A stretch of DNA of 64,000 nt. It comes from Paramecium tetraurelia. Its lineage: Eukaryota. A program made the translations under genes and the position numbers. The stretch is from positions 62,001 to 126,000 of the forward strand of contig CT868130.1 of the NCBI GenBank assembly GCA_000165425.1, read 5' to 3'. This document shows, in pieces, positions 12,311 to 24,780 of this stretch. A model generated the notes under the pieces. That model was not told the origin of the DNA and did no database searches. It saw only the letters and a list, made by a program, of their open reading frames with translations. Numbering within the stretch: the first letter of the stretch is position 1; the number at the start of each line of letters is the position of its first letter.

Positions 12311-13583
12311 ATGGGAAAAAAGACTGTTTTGATTCTTACATTTATTAGTTATGCCTAAATGCATGCAGCCAGAACTCTATGGTCATACATGCAAAAATAT
12401 TTAACCATAGATAACTATGATAAAAATAAAATGGGATAGGCATATTTAACATTCCTATTAACATATGGCATTGGTATGAATACAATAGGTCCTATGTGTT
12501 GTAAAAACAGTTTGAAGCATTCTATTGGAATTAGTTGTATGGCAGTTGGTATGTTGTTTGCAATCCTTGGGATATTGCAGGAGTTTCAACTCTTAACTTT
12601 GTAAGACTTAAATTTTAATGAATAGTCCATTGGTCATAATATTAATGGCTATAAATGGTTTAATACAATCTGCATGCTATCCTGCATGCGTAAATGTATT
12701 GGGAAATTGGTTTAAAAATCATAAGGTAGGTTTAATGATGGGGTTATGGTCAGGATGTGTTAACGCGGGTGATATTTATGGATTATTAATTGGTGATGTT
12801 GTCATTCAAAGACTCGAAATGCCAGTTTATTGGGGCTTTTACTTTATGTCATGCTGTCTGATTCTAGTTAGTGTAGCCACCTTGTCATTTTTGTAAAGCG
12901 AACCTAGAAATTAAATTTAAGGTGTAAATGAATCGGAATCTGCTCCTTTAATTTTAAAATAGAAAAATAAAAGTTTAAATGTTCTATCAGCCTGGTTGGT
13001 TCCTGGAGTTGCCATTTATGCCGTAGGATATGCTTGTCTTAAAGGAACTTTCTATGGATTTTTAGATTGGTTGCCCTTCTATTTTTAATAAAAGGGAGAG
13101 AAACTTGAGAATCATTCTTCATATATTTCACAAATGTTTGATGTTGGCTGTTATGTTGGTGGAATATTCTTAGGATACTTGGGTGATAAATATAAGCGAC
13201 GTGCCTGTTATTTTGTGCCAAGCTTGTTATTGGCAATGTGTTCTATGTTGGTGATTAAATTCTGTTTGGATTTGATAGTCTGGCCATATTATCTTTGCAT
13301 TTTGGCAATAGGTATCTTCCAGGGAGGACCATACAATAACATTTCAGGAGTGATTTCAATTGAACTTACTAAATAGTTTGAAAATGATAAGGCAGCGATA
13401 TCAACTGTATCCTCCTTGATTGAAAGTACTGGAACTCTGACAGCCGCCATGTTCTAGATCATCATCCCAAGGATCGGAGACGAACACTTATTTACCTTTT
13501 TGTGTCTTATAACATTATTAGCTGAATTAGTTTGTTGCGTTCTTTTATTCAGAGAATTAAAAGCTAAAAGAAGATCCAAATGA
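12311..13583 (+). CDS. MFS transporter, SLC37/GlpT (organophosphate:Pi antiporter)-like
   Basis: YAQMHAART; NGLIQSACYPACVNVLGNWF; GLWSGCVNAGDIYG; YGFLDWLPFY; FDVGCYVGG; GGPYNNI; STVSSLIESTGT; intron at 12601-12625. Confidence 0.9.
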
Positions 13584-13619
13584 AAATATTAATGTGTTAT
13601 AATTTATATTTAAACAATA

Positions 13620-14649
13620 TCATTGATCTTATTATGCTGCAAGGGCTGCTGCTTCTTTAGCTCTTTCTTCTTCTTCTTGCAATCTCTTTTACTCGACTTC
13701 TCTATCGTATTTATCTTTAGCAAATGAAAATGCTTTTTCCTTGAGTTGCTTTGTTACAAAAATATTATTGATTTTTTCTAATCTTACCATAATATTGATT
13801 GTATCCAATAAGTAATTTGGACTTTTAGACTCAAAAGGATTTCCTTTGTATAGCAATCTTTTTAAGTTCGGTAAGGTTTGCAACTTAGTAATTTCGTCAA
13901 ATTTATCGATTTTGTTTTCCCTGATGTCAAAATGAACAATGTTCTCCAAAACTGGAAATGTTTCATCGAACCCTTCAATCTAGATTAGTCTTAAGTAAAT
14001 ACTAAGTTTTTTCTTAATTGCAATATTTAAATGGAGGTTAATAATTCTATTCCCTAAATCGCCTTGATTTTATTTTCGCTTAATTTAAGTTCTTTCAACT
14101 CAGGTAGATTTTAAAACTAAGTTAAAGCAGCAATTTTATTTCTCTTCAAGTATAATTACCTCAATTTTGGATTACCGTCAAAAGTATCCATTTTTTCTAT
14201 TTTATTATCATTCAGATTAAGTTATATTAAGGGAACTTTGATAGGACCTAATTCAACCAATTTGTTGGATGCAGCATTGAGATACTTAAGAGATTTGAAA
14301 GCCTCCTCGTTAGCAAGGGATTTCAAATCCTTAATATTATTGCCTTCGACATTCAATCTGATCAAGTACGGCAGTTATGAAACTAGATAGTAAGAATAAT
14401 ACGTTGCACAATTTCAGTAATGTTATTCCCACTTAAATCTATGGATTCAATATATTTGTAATTTCCAAAGGTTTGAGTCAAAACATCTACATTCTTCTGA
14501 TTTAAATTCAGGATTGTGAAATGAAAACCACTATTATCCTAAACCATCTTAAATCCTGATAGATTATTCATAATGATTTCTTCAAAATTGATTTTGGATT
14601 TGGATTCTTCCTGCTGTTTTGCTTGCTTCTTAGCCTCTTTCTTAGACAT
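13620..14649 (-). CDS. Leucine-rich repeat protein (SDS22/LRRC23-like, probably ciliary)
   Basis: Repeated LxxLxLxxNxI units (IDLSGNNI, LNVEGNNI, LNAASNKL, LNLNDNKI, LNLSENKI); LRR cap LLYKGNPF...NY; tiny introns. Confidence 0.85.
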
Positions 14650-14680
14650 ATAAATAAATATTAATATTATGCTTTATAAA

Positions 14681-15555
14681 TCAAAACAATCTCTATTTAG
14701 CTTCATCACCATCTCCTACTAATCCCTTTTATTATGCAAATTTATAATGCAAATCGACTACATCAATTCCATCATGTACTTTAGTCCAGCCATTCTAATG
14801 AATGTGATAAACTAGAATGACCTTCAATAGTTACCTCTAACTACACCACCAGAAGCAGTGTCTCTGTGTGTTGCATGATAAATAGCTCTGACTCCCAGTT
14901 CTACTGCTTCAGTCAATGATAATATCATATCTATAATGATTGTCCAATACACCATAAGCATATGTACTACCACTGCCAACTGAGAAGATGTCTCCCTTCA
15001 ATCTCATTCCATCATTATCAATGTAGTATAAGTGTTGTCCAGATAGATCAGTTCCTGCTATCATACAACCCATAGAGAGACCAGAGTTTTTATAACCAAT
15101 AAGAATGCCTTAAAGGAATTTGGAGGCAGCTGCCACACTCAATTTACTACCATTTTTCAATTCATATGTTCTACAATGATTGGCCAAATATGCCAACCAG
15201 TATTAACAATCAGCTGCACCTCCAGCCATTGTGCCTAGAATAATTTGAATTATGTACCTAATAGATACTCATTGATTTCAATGACCTTTCGCACTTGTTC
15301 ACTACTCAAAAAACTACCCATACTAGCTCTTGAATCTACTGCCAAAAGAATGCCCTCTTTAAATACAAATCCCAATGTTGTTGTTCCATGTTTGAAATTA
15401 TTTAATTTGTTTCCTCCATTTGTTTATGTTGGACCATTTAAGCTTCTGTAAATCACTTAAGGTGCACTGGGCATACTTAAAGTATTGATTTCATCTTTGT
15501 CTTCCTTTTAATATGTGTGGGCTAATCCAAATGTTGAGGGATCGAAATCAATCAT
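14681..15555 (-). CDS. PSMB5: 20S proteasome subunit beta type-5
   Basis: Propeptide, then [11 protein letters not shown]...AVDSRASMG...[54 protein letters not shown]. Confidence 0.97.
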
Positions 15556-15686
15556 TTTAATATTTTAATTAAATAATCATCCTTATCTCAAGAAATATTA
15601 TTAAATAGTAGTTAATGGTCTTAGTTACAAATTATGTTAAAATTGAGAATTAAATTACACATATATTTTAAATATATATACGATAT

Positions 15687-16334
15687 ATGAAAAAAACTCA
15701 TCATCGAAGAACAAAATCAAGTGGTAACTACAATCCAAATCAATCTGAATTTCTTGTTTAAGATGATGATGATGATACTAATGAAACGAGAGCTATTATT
15801 AAAAAAATATAACAATAACCTATTCTACATCATTAGATAGTTGAAAAACTTGATGATTAAAATTATGGATTGTTCAATACTATGTTTAATTTTGGTCAAA
15901 TGAAGTATAAACCAAAACAATCTTTAGATTTGAGCACAATTACAGAATGCAGTTGTAATGAATTCACTATATTCATAGCTACACCCTCAGCGAAAGATGC
16001 TTAACCTAAACATAGAAAATGCGGAAGTCAACAATAGTAAGTGAACAAATAGCCAATACGTCACAATCATAGTCAAAGTCTCCAAATCCATAGACTTGAA
16101 TAAGAGTTGGAGCAAATGAAGGCATAACAGGCTGAAATCTAAAATGTGAACATGATGCTCTTTATTGAAATTCACAAATCCCGATCAGAGCTCTAGATTT
16201 CTTAATAAGTAACATTCTCATCTTCATATTAGAAAAATGAACTCATTCTTTAACGAATAACAAAATTAGAAAAGATGTTAAGAGATGATTAAAAATTATC
16301 ATGCACAACTAACGACAGCCTTGAATTTTTCTGA
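15687..16334 (+). CDS. Hypothetical protein with C-terminal coiled coil
   Basis: Continuous code-6 frame MKKTHHRRTKSS...RLEQELEQMKAQQ...; candidate 24-nt intron at 16209-16232; TGA at 16332-16334. Confidence 0.65.
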
Positions 16335-16500
16335 GAAAAATACTCATTTTTGTTAAACATTTATATAACAATCGTATTCTTTGAATCATAATAACAAATT
16401 TTACTCAAACTCATTTTAATTACGTATTATACAAAAAAGAACTGTGAATTAAAAGATAATTAAATTATATTTTCTATAATAATGACATATTTACAAAATT

Positions 16501-19410
16501 TCATTAGGACTGATACTAATAGGCACATTCAAAATATGATTTATCTTTTTACTTTGAGTAATCATTTTATCCAGAAGGGATGTTTGGAATTTTGGAACTC
16601 TCTGTGACTCCAAAAATGCTCAACGTTTCTGACTGAAGTATTCCTTGGAAATCACTTATTTGTACATTCTCAATCTAATTCTTAACCTCATTGATTTCCT
16701 AAATCTATTACTTATATCATACATTAAATGCGTAGTTTCTATTATAGATCTTATCCCATAAAAACTCATCATTATTTTAGTAATGTAATATCAATCGATC
16801 TTTCAAATTATTCAAATCGAATCTCTGTTATTCAATTAATTGTTAAATTTATTCATTTAATTTTATGACACTATCAGTACCTTAATAGTAGAATAGTAAT
16901 CCATCTACACAACCAAATACTTTTAAAACTAACTTAAATTGTTTATTATTATTCAAAATGCAATTACAACAATAGCAAAAGCTGCTGTTGTTAGAAAATC
17001 TCTTTTTCCGACAGAAAAGTATTTTACAACAGCATTTTGTTTCTACTTGGCTGGCAATTTGATTATGTGAATCAAATTCTTATCTATTTGTAATGTTTTT
17101 GTGATGGTTTCAATATCATTAGGATGGTAATCTTAAACCAACTATTTTGCATTCTGAATGTCAATGTTCCCACTTACAAATGCTGTATACTTTATGTCTG
17201 AAAACATATCAGTTAAAAATTGCGAGAACTCAGAAAACTTTAGATCCTGGAATTCTCTTATTATATCTGCAGGATCATTAACAGGTCTCAACATTAATTT
17301 AGGTAGCCAATATTGAACTAAGTAGAATTGAGTTTTTTAAAAATAGTATTCTTAAAACTAATTTCTTAAATCTTCTTTTATGCTTGAGAATTTAGATTCG
17401 TCCTTTATCTCTTTGATATTTGATAGAACTTAGTTTTTTACTGCTTCAAATGTTAGACTCCATCCTGACAACATAAACGAGAGACCTTTAAAACTACTTT
17501 CTACTTAAAAGTTGAAACCAGCTGAAATGGCGTCTAAGTTTGATTGTTCAATATACATTTAGGCAACCTTTAAAATAGCCTTTGATTTTGCAATGCTAAA
17601 ACCATTAATCGGTTTGTAGAATAAGATTCCGAGAAAAACTCTATTAGTATGGTTATCGTATTGCCACCACAATTCTTAAGAAATCTATATTGGTGTTAAG
17701 ATTGGAATTAAGAAATTTTTTTAAGATTGGTCTAAGTCTAACGGAACGTAAGGAATTAAAGGCTTATAAAGGGGTTCTATATCATTTGGAGAATCACTCT
17801 TAAGTTAGGGTTCCTATAACGTTATGTTAATTGGTTCAATTTAATTAGTTGTATAAAAATTGTAATTTGGTAATTCAAGGGGGATGTATTGGGAGAGATT
17901 GGGTAACTTAAGCTATGAAATTAATTATTCAACTATGTTTGAGACAATAGTATAATCTAACAAAATATTGGAATATTCGATTGATTGTACTTTTTTATTA
18001 ACAAAATTGGAGCTTAAGAAATCATCTTTGTTCAAAGTCTTTAATTCTTGATAGATAAATTACCCCTATTATATAATAATGACTCCTGATTAAATATTAT
18101 CAATAATAGCATTTAGATCTTTCTTAGAGAATTCCTTATCTTCAACATATTTTTAATAGAGGATTTATAAGTTGTAAAAGTCTTTATGACAATTTAATAA
18201 TGTCTTTTCATTCTATCTTTTTAGAAATGATCCGAAATTGTAAATTGCATTAGCCAATGTTATACTATCTACATCACAATCTTAAATGTTAATTGCCAAG
18301 AAATCAAAATCTAGAATTTCGAATTAGCACTTGAGAATGGTTTGTAAAGAGTTTTGTGTTTTCTGCAATAATAAATGCTTAAAAAACTCGTCTTGTTTTG
18401 CTGGGTATATTAAAATAGTGGATGTTTAATTGGAATTGATTCTAATTTGATTATATAGAATTGGCTCTAGATCCCAAGAGTCAATTATGGAAGTTCCAAA
18501 TTCTTTTTGCAATAATTAAGTATCTGAGACAAGCATATAGATTTCTTAGTTTGAAAGCGCAGATTCTATTGTCAACCTAAGTGGATTGGAAACCAATATT
18601 AATTCGATGTAATTCTGCAAATCTTGAATCTGGATGGGTTCAGTCATGATTTCATTATTTAATGATATTGCATCTAAGACTCTGTCTATTTTGGAAATGA
18701 GATCAATGTCGCTCGTTTAAATTGATTCGCTATTAATATTATCCAAATCATCTTAGGTGTATTCTCTCACAAGTGAATCAGCGAACTTTCTTATGCAAGT
18801 TTCCATTTATTCGTTTTTAAGGTGAATAGTCACAGTACTCATGTATGCTCTTTCAATCAATTGTGCTTAGGAACACTACTACTTCAATAACAAACGCATG
18901 AATAATGTATTGTATTCGTCATCATGATAACCATGGTAGATGACAAATTACAAAGTAGCTATTTCCACTTATTTTTCTTAGACAATCAAAGTTAAGCCAT
19001 TCTTATATTGCCATCCTTACAATTGTCCTTCATTCCATGGTTCAGCTTCGAATATTAATTCTTCGAATTGTTCTTCTTCTGGTTCTGGCATGATGTTATC
19101 AAATTGAGTAACATCTTCAGGACTAGTCAAGAATTGCATGATGTCTTAATCTTCTTTATCCAAAACCACAGCATTATCAATATCATCTATATTTTCTGTT
19201 TCATTCACATTACAACTATTAAATCTAAGGGATCTAAGTCGATTATTTATGATTGGCCAGAGCATACTTGAAAACCAAGAAAACCAATAAGATGAGTATG
19301 ACTAGTTGGATTATGTAACAAATGGTGGAGAGAATGCCACGTGTTTCAGGATCCTTAGGTTTCTTCACATCTTGATGTACTAATCCTTAATTTTCTTCAT
19401 CCATTTGCAT
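16501..19410 (-). CDS. Insulinase/M16A-like protein, membrane-anchored, apparently lacking the HxxEH motif
   Basis: About 950 codons; N-terminal TM (ICYIIQLVILILLVFLVF); YKNGLTLIV, ETCIRKFADSL, ELWWQYDNH and LDAISAGFNF...GLSFMLSGW align by eye with IDE-family segments. Confidence 0.7.
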
Positions 19411-19417
19411 TAATTAA

Positions 19418-20142
19418 ATGTTTAATCCATTTCGATATATTGCTGATTTTCTACACTTGGTGTCATTTCTGATACTCATTTTAAAAATCCGCAAAACCAG
19501 AAATTGCCTAGGTAACTCATGAATTAATGTAATAGGATTATCATTCAGAACATAAGAAATCTACCTTGCAGTGTTCTGTGTCAGATACATTGATCTATTC
19601 ATGTATTTTGTATCAGTATACAATACCTCAATGAAATTACTTTACATCAGCAGCACTGTGTTCATAATTTACCTCATGAAGTTCAAGAAACCATATTGTC
19701 TAGTATTTTAATATTGCTAATCCATAGTCATATGATTCAGCAAGTGATGACTTTCCCCACTATAAATTCATTTACACTGGAGCAGCAGTCTTGGCTCTAC
19801 TCGTCCATACAGATTTGGCACCATTCGAATTAGGATGGTCTTATAGCATTTGGTTAGAAGCATTAGCAATTATACCACAATTACATATGTTACAGAAGAT
19901 CAAAGATGTTAATATCATTTATCATTATTAGGTTGAAAACATTACATCCAACTACGTGGGAGCTTTGGGAGTTTATCGTTTCTTCTACATTGTTAGTTGG
20001 ATTTACAAATATTCACTCACTGGAGATGTTTGTTGGACATCACTTTTTGGGAGGAATTGTTTAAACTGTATTATATGCAGATTTCCTTTACTATTACATC
20101 ATTAGTCTAAAATCAGGAAAAGGTTTGTCATTAGGAGTTTGA
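19418..20142 (+). CDS. ERD2: ER lumen protein-retaining (KDEL/HDEL) receptor; apparent +1 indel at 20044-20051
   Basis: MFNPFRYIADFLHL...CLGLSFRTQEIYLAVFCVRYIDLF; WSYSIWLEALAIIPQL; VENITSNYV...YRFFY; GIVQTVLYADF follows in a shifted frame; two introns. Confidence 0.95.
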
Positions 20143-20191
20143 GATTTGTGATTATTACAATATTGAAAGCAGTTTAAATTAATACCCTTAA

Positions 20192-20907
20192 TCATAGCAT
20201 TCCAAAGAGATTGCACTTTTTACTCTTAACAATTTCTACTATTATACTTACGTGGCAATCTAGAAATCATAATTAAAATCTAGAATTATAAAATAAATCA
20301 ATTTATCTACAAACACTTTCTATTCTAATTTGAGTAGTCTACAATTTGTCTAACTTAACTAGCAAAATCATCCTTCTCCTTCGTTTATGCAAGTTAATTC
20401 TGAATGCAGACTCTTCCTCCTTCTTTGAAAGTGTAACTTTAACATACGATTCCTTCAATTCCTCTATTAGTTCTCATGAGAACCAAGAGTAGTTAAGTGC
20501 ATTTAACTTAAAACATATAAAAATATTTTTATTATGAAATTTGCTACTTTAGTAATGCTTATTCTTAATTTAAACTATAATTCCATGCTTATATCCATTT
20601 AAACTATTTCTCAGATTTACCTTTTGATCAATTTCTGCTTTTCTTTTCATTAAATAATTTAGCATTTACTCCTTAATCAAGGATAAATTATTTTTTTTCT
20701 ACATTACTCGTTTATTCATATTAAATAAGAACCACTCTATCATTCTGTTATAATAACATCAAATTTAACTCCTTTCTTATATTTTCAACTTAAAAATTAC
20801 TACATCTTGAAATTTAATACTATCTTATTTCTCCTTATCCCTAACATACTGATTTGTTTCCTTGGATTCATTGCTATCTCTTCTCTGTATCGTGTTTAAA
20901 ATTCCAT
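20192..20907 (-). CDS. Hypothetical coiled-coil protein (exon structure unresolved)
   Basis: K/E-rich code-6 segments (LIEELKESYVKVTLSKEEEESAFRINLHKRRRRM) with several candidate tiny introns; TGA at 20192-20194. The start position is uncertain. Confidence 0.45.
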
Positions 20908-21111
20908 CTATTTTAATAATGTTATGCTTTTAAAAAATTTCAACAATCCGTTAACCTTCCTTAAATTGCATTTTTTTAAAGTAAATTTTAAGCAAATTAA
21001 GAGACAAGAGCCTTAGAGTAGGTTTCTTCAGTATTATCAGAATTAATAGACTGTGAAATTTCTTATCTCTTAAATTGGTATTTCATTGATCATATTTATT
21101 AAATTATATTT

Positions 21112-22323
21112 ATGCTTTATAGGAAAACTTTGTAATTTTTGAGCAATTAAGTTGCTCGATCTAAATTAGGTCAACTGCAATATCAAGGGATAATGATGAA
21201 GGTACCTTCTTAAATGCAAAAAGAAGAAAATTCTGAAGAAGATAGATTAGTGAAGGCATTTTTCACAAAAAATCACGAACAAATAAAAGTGTATGGTCAT
21301 TCACAGAGAGAACCAAATGAAAAGAGCAGCTCACCCAGAAATTCATGGTATAAGGTAGTTTTGCCATTCAAAAGTAATCCCGAGCTCAGTTTTAAATTTA
21401 GAAGATTTTACACAAATCAAGTAAGAATTGGTCGTTTACTGGAATTGATGGATTATATAGCTTCCACAGTTTCCTACAATTATATTCTACCTAGCAGTGG
21501 TGCAACCATGGTTACTGCAATGGTAGATAACATTAATTTTTTCGGAAAGATTTCTGCTGATTAAGATCTTGAAATATAAGGATATGTCACCTATGTCGGT
21601 AATTCATCAATTGAAGTGTATATCGATGTGATGTAGGAAGGAGTAGTTAATGTTTCAGCCAATTTCTTAATGGTAGCCAGAGATGGCAAAGATCATTCAA
21701 AAGCATACAAAGTACCTACCATGGATTTGAATGGGGAAAGTGATAAGGAAACTGCAGAATTGAGATGTTATTTGGGTAAACATATGCAAGACAAAAGAAA
21801 ATTATAAAAAGACAGAAGTCTTGATAGAAAAGCACCAAGTTAGGAGGAAATAAATGAACTACATAAATTTTTCATGAATCCTCCCTCAGACATTACTATT
21901 GATGAAACTCAAATCGAAAAAACACTATTGATGCACATTTAAGATAGAAATCTCCATGGGAAAGTATTTGGAGGTTTCGTCATGAGAGAAGCCTTTGAAC
22001 TAGGCTGGCTCAATGCCTATTTGCATGTCAAAGGGTAAGGATTCCCTTAAATCATTCACATTGACGATATTCAATTCCTTGCTCCAGTTGATATTGGAAG
22101 TGCTTTATAAGTTTAGAGTAGAATCACGGCTGTGAAGGACACCATTATGCACGTTGAGGTTAATTGTTATAAGATAAGTCCCAACCAATAGAAAATTAGA
22201 TCAAATGATCTTCATTTGACTTTAAATGTGCCAGGCATAGTCATTCCTCAAGTTCAACCCAAAACATATAATGAAGGTATGCAATGGCTGAATGCTTGTC
22301 GTCGTATGAATTATACTATTTGA
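21112..22323 (+). CDS. Acyl-CoA thioesterase 9-like (double hot-dog fold), probably mitochondrial
   Basis: Intronless 403-aa frame; RIGRLLELMD, MVTAMVDNI, GYVTYVGNSSIEV, QDRNLHGKVFGGFVMREAFELGW, IQFLAPVDIGS. Confidence 0.92.
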
Positions 22324-22441
22324 ACCAATGCATTTGCAAATTTATTAGTATAAAAATGATTTAATAATATTTCTATTATCTACCCAGAAAAGTTTTCAAA
22401 AAAAACTAATATAATAAAGGAACACAGATATATATTAAACT

Positions 22442-22994
22442 TCAATATTTTTCAACTTTGGGTTATTGTTTTTTACTTGGTTATTAGCCTTGCATTGCCA
22501 TCATTTCTTGCATTTCTTGCATTTATTATTATTGTTGTTATTGCATTCTTCTCATTTCTTCTCTCATTTGTAGTTTAAGCATTCCAACTTCAGCCAATTG
22601 TATGAAACCCAAGATTATGCCTCCAAATATAGCATTTCTAACTGCAATTCTTGTACCAGCTAAACTATAATTCAAAGGCTATACCTCTTATGGCTAAAAA
22701 TCCTCCTGTAAATGCACCAGCAACTATGGGATTAATAAAATCTTATTGATTTCTCAGATGCATAAGAGTACAATCTGTGATACTGAACAATCCTCCCCAA
22801 AGAGCGAATGATCCTCCTAAAATTGGGGCTCTTCTTTTTAATAATTAGATTCCACCGAAAAATCTCTCCTTCTTTGGAGCAAATGACATGCCTTTTAAGA
22901 AATAGAATATGCATCCAGCAAAGCACCCCATCGAGAAAGCTCCTCCAAAATCATCAATGATTCTGTAAGGACACGGTTATTCACGCATAGCCAT
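22442..22994 (-). CDS. TIM17: Mitochondrial inner membrane translocase Tim17
   Basis: REQPCPYRIIDDFGGAFSMG...RAPILGGSFALWGGLFS...DFINPIVAGAFTGGFLAIR; one intron. Confidence 0.96.
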
Positions 22995-23818
22995 CTTAAT
23001 TCTGGTTAAAATTTATTAATTAAAAGTTAATCATTAATTAAAATAATTAATAAATAGCAATAATGGAAGGGGATCATCTTCATCAGTTGAAGTTAAGATA
23101 CTACACTCATATCTAATTCTACTATAAGAACTTCAAATATAAGGAAATGAATTGCATTTTTGGTTTTCAAATTAATAGTTATGTTCTTTGTTCATCCTAG
23201 TTTCTATCCAAATCACAAATTAATCCTTCTTTTTCAATTAATATTTATCCTATTTTGAAAAATTGTGGTAAACTTGTTTATAACAATGACATTTTGGAAT
23301 TAAAAAAAAGTATCATTATAGTTGATATGCTAATTTTATGTTTTAAATGGATTCCTAATTAGAAATATCAATTTTCTTCTGTTATAACAACTTTAAAGGA
23401 TGTTTTAATAGAGTTATAATTGATCATTGCAAAGTAGTTTTTCATAATAGCTTAAATATATATCCTATCATTTTTTAAATTTGATTTCTCAACTAAATGA
23501 TTCGAATCTCTATGTTATTGTGAATATTAATTCAAAGGAATATATATAAATTCTGAACTAATAAATTTAATAAGATTAATTCAACCTAACCGTGAAAAAG
23601 TGCTTTCTCAGTGTAATATCAGTGAAGATAATTCATCGATTCACATACTTATTTTATATCTAAATTCTTTATTATTATTCATAAAATCTTATTTAACAAC
23701 AAATAATGGTATAGGAACTTAAACCCTTTCTGAATGTGACATGTTGCAATTATTCAAAAAAAGCAGAATTTTATTTGTAATTAATAGTTAACATATTTCA
23801 GAAACGAATTAATTTTAA

Positions 23819-24664
23819 ATGTTTTTATTAATTCCACTTTATTTTTTTTTAGGATAAACTCTGCCAACAGTACTTTTTCATGGGTTAGGTGATAGTTGCT
23901 CTTGGTCCATGCTTAAATCTTTTTTTTCAGACATCAACGCTGACTGTATAGAAATAGGTTCAGGACCATCATCCTCGATCTTGTTGGGATTTTTAGATTA
24001 AGCCAAGGATGCTTGTGTCAAAGTATAGGAAAAATACGCAGGTTAAACAATAAATGTTGTTGGTCTATCACAAGGTGCATTGATTGGGAGATATATTATT
24101 ACAGATTGTGACTTAAAAGGAGGAAGAGTGTCTAAGTATTTATCTATAGGAGGTCCTTAAATGGGAGTATCAGTCATACCTCATTGCAATAGTTATTTGT
24201 GCTGGCCATTAAATAAAGTAGTCGATTCTCTAGTTTACACTGATTATGTGTAATAACACATTGGTCCAGCAGGTTATTTCAGAAATCACGAAGACTTAGA
24301 TTCTTATTTAAAATACAATCATTTTCTTCCAGATTTGAATAATGAAAGAAATCCAGAATGTTCAAGGAAATCAAAAGTATAACTTAATATATCGGTTTAG
24401 TTTTCATCGCTTGACCAAGTGATGCTTGTGAAATTTTTACAAGATGAAATGGTGCTACCAAAAGAATCTGCATTTTTTGAATCTGTAGATCCTGAAACAG
24501 ATAAAGTGGTTCCACTTGTAGAATCAGAATTTTATATCTAAGACTATATTGGTGTAAAGTAACTGGATTAACAAAGGAAAATAAAATTTATTGAGATTGA
24601 TGATTCTCATTTAAAATGGACAGATGATATAACAAAGAATGTATTTATTCCTTTCTTAGTTTGA
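23819..24664 (+). CDS. PPT1: Palmitoyl-protein thioesterase 1-like
   Basis: Signal peptide; PTVLFHGLGDSC; nucleophile VGLSQG; SIGGPQMGV; GPAGYFR; FLPDLNNE; DEMVLPKESAFF; Y-QDYIGVK; one intron. Confidence 0.95.
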
Positions 24665-24780
24665 TTCACTTTAAAAATTATTTTGATATTTTAGATTATA
24701 GATTTAATGTTATCTTAAAAAAAACTCTAACTATATATATATATTTATATCTAATTTTTATAAATATCTTCAGATATGAT

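Noticed and set aside
23063..23500. About 145-codon plus-strand code-6 frame between TIM17 and PPT1
   Set aside because: No motif and intergenic-like composition; this length is plausible by chance with a single stop codon. It could be a pseudogene remnant, but I cannot support that.
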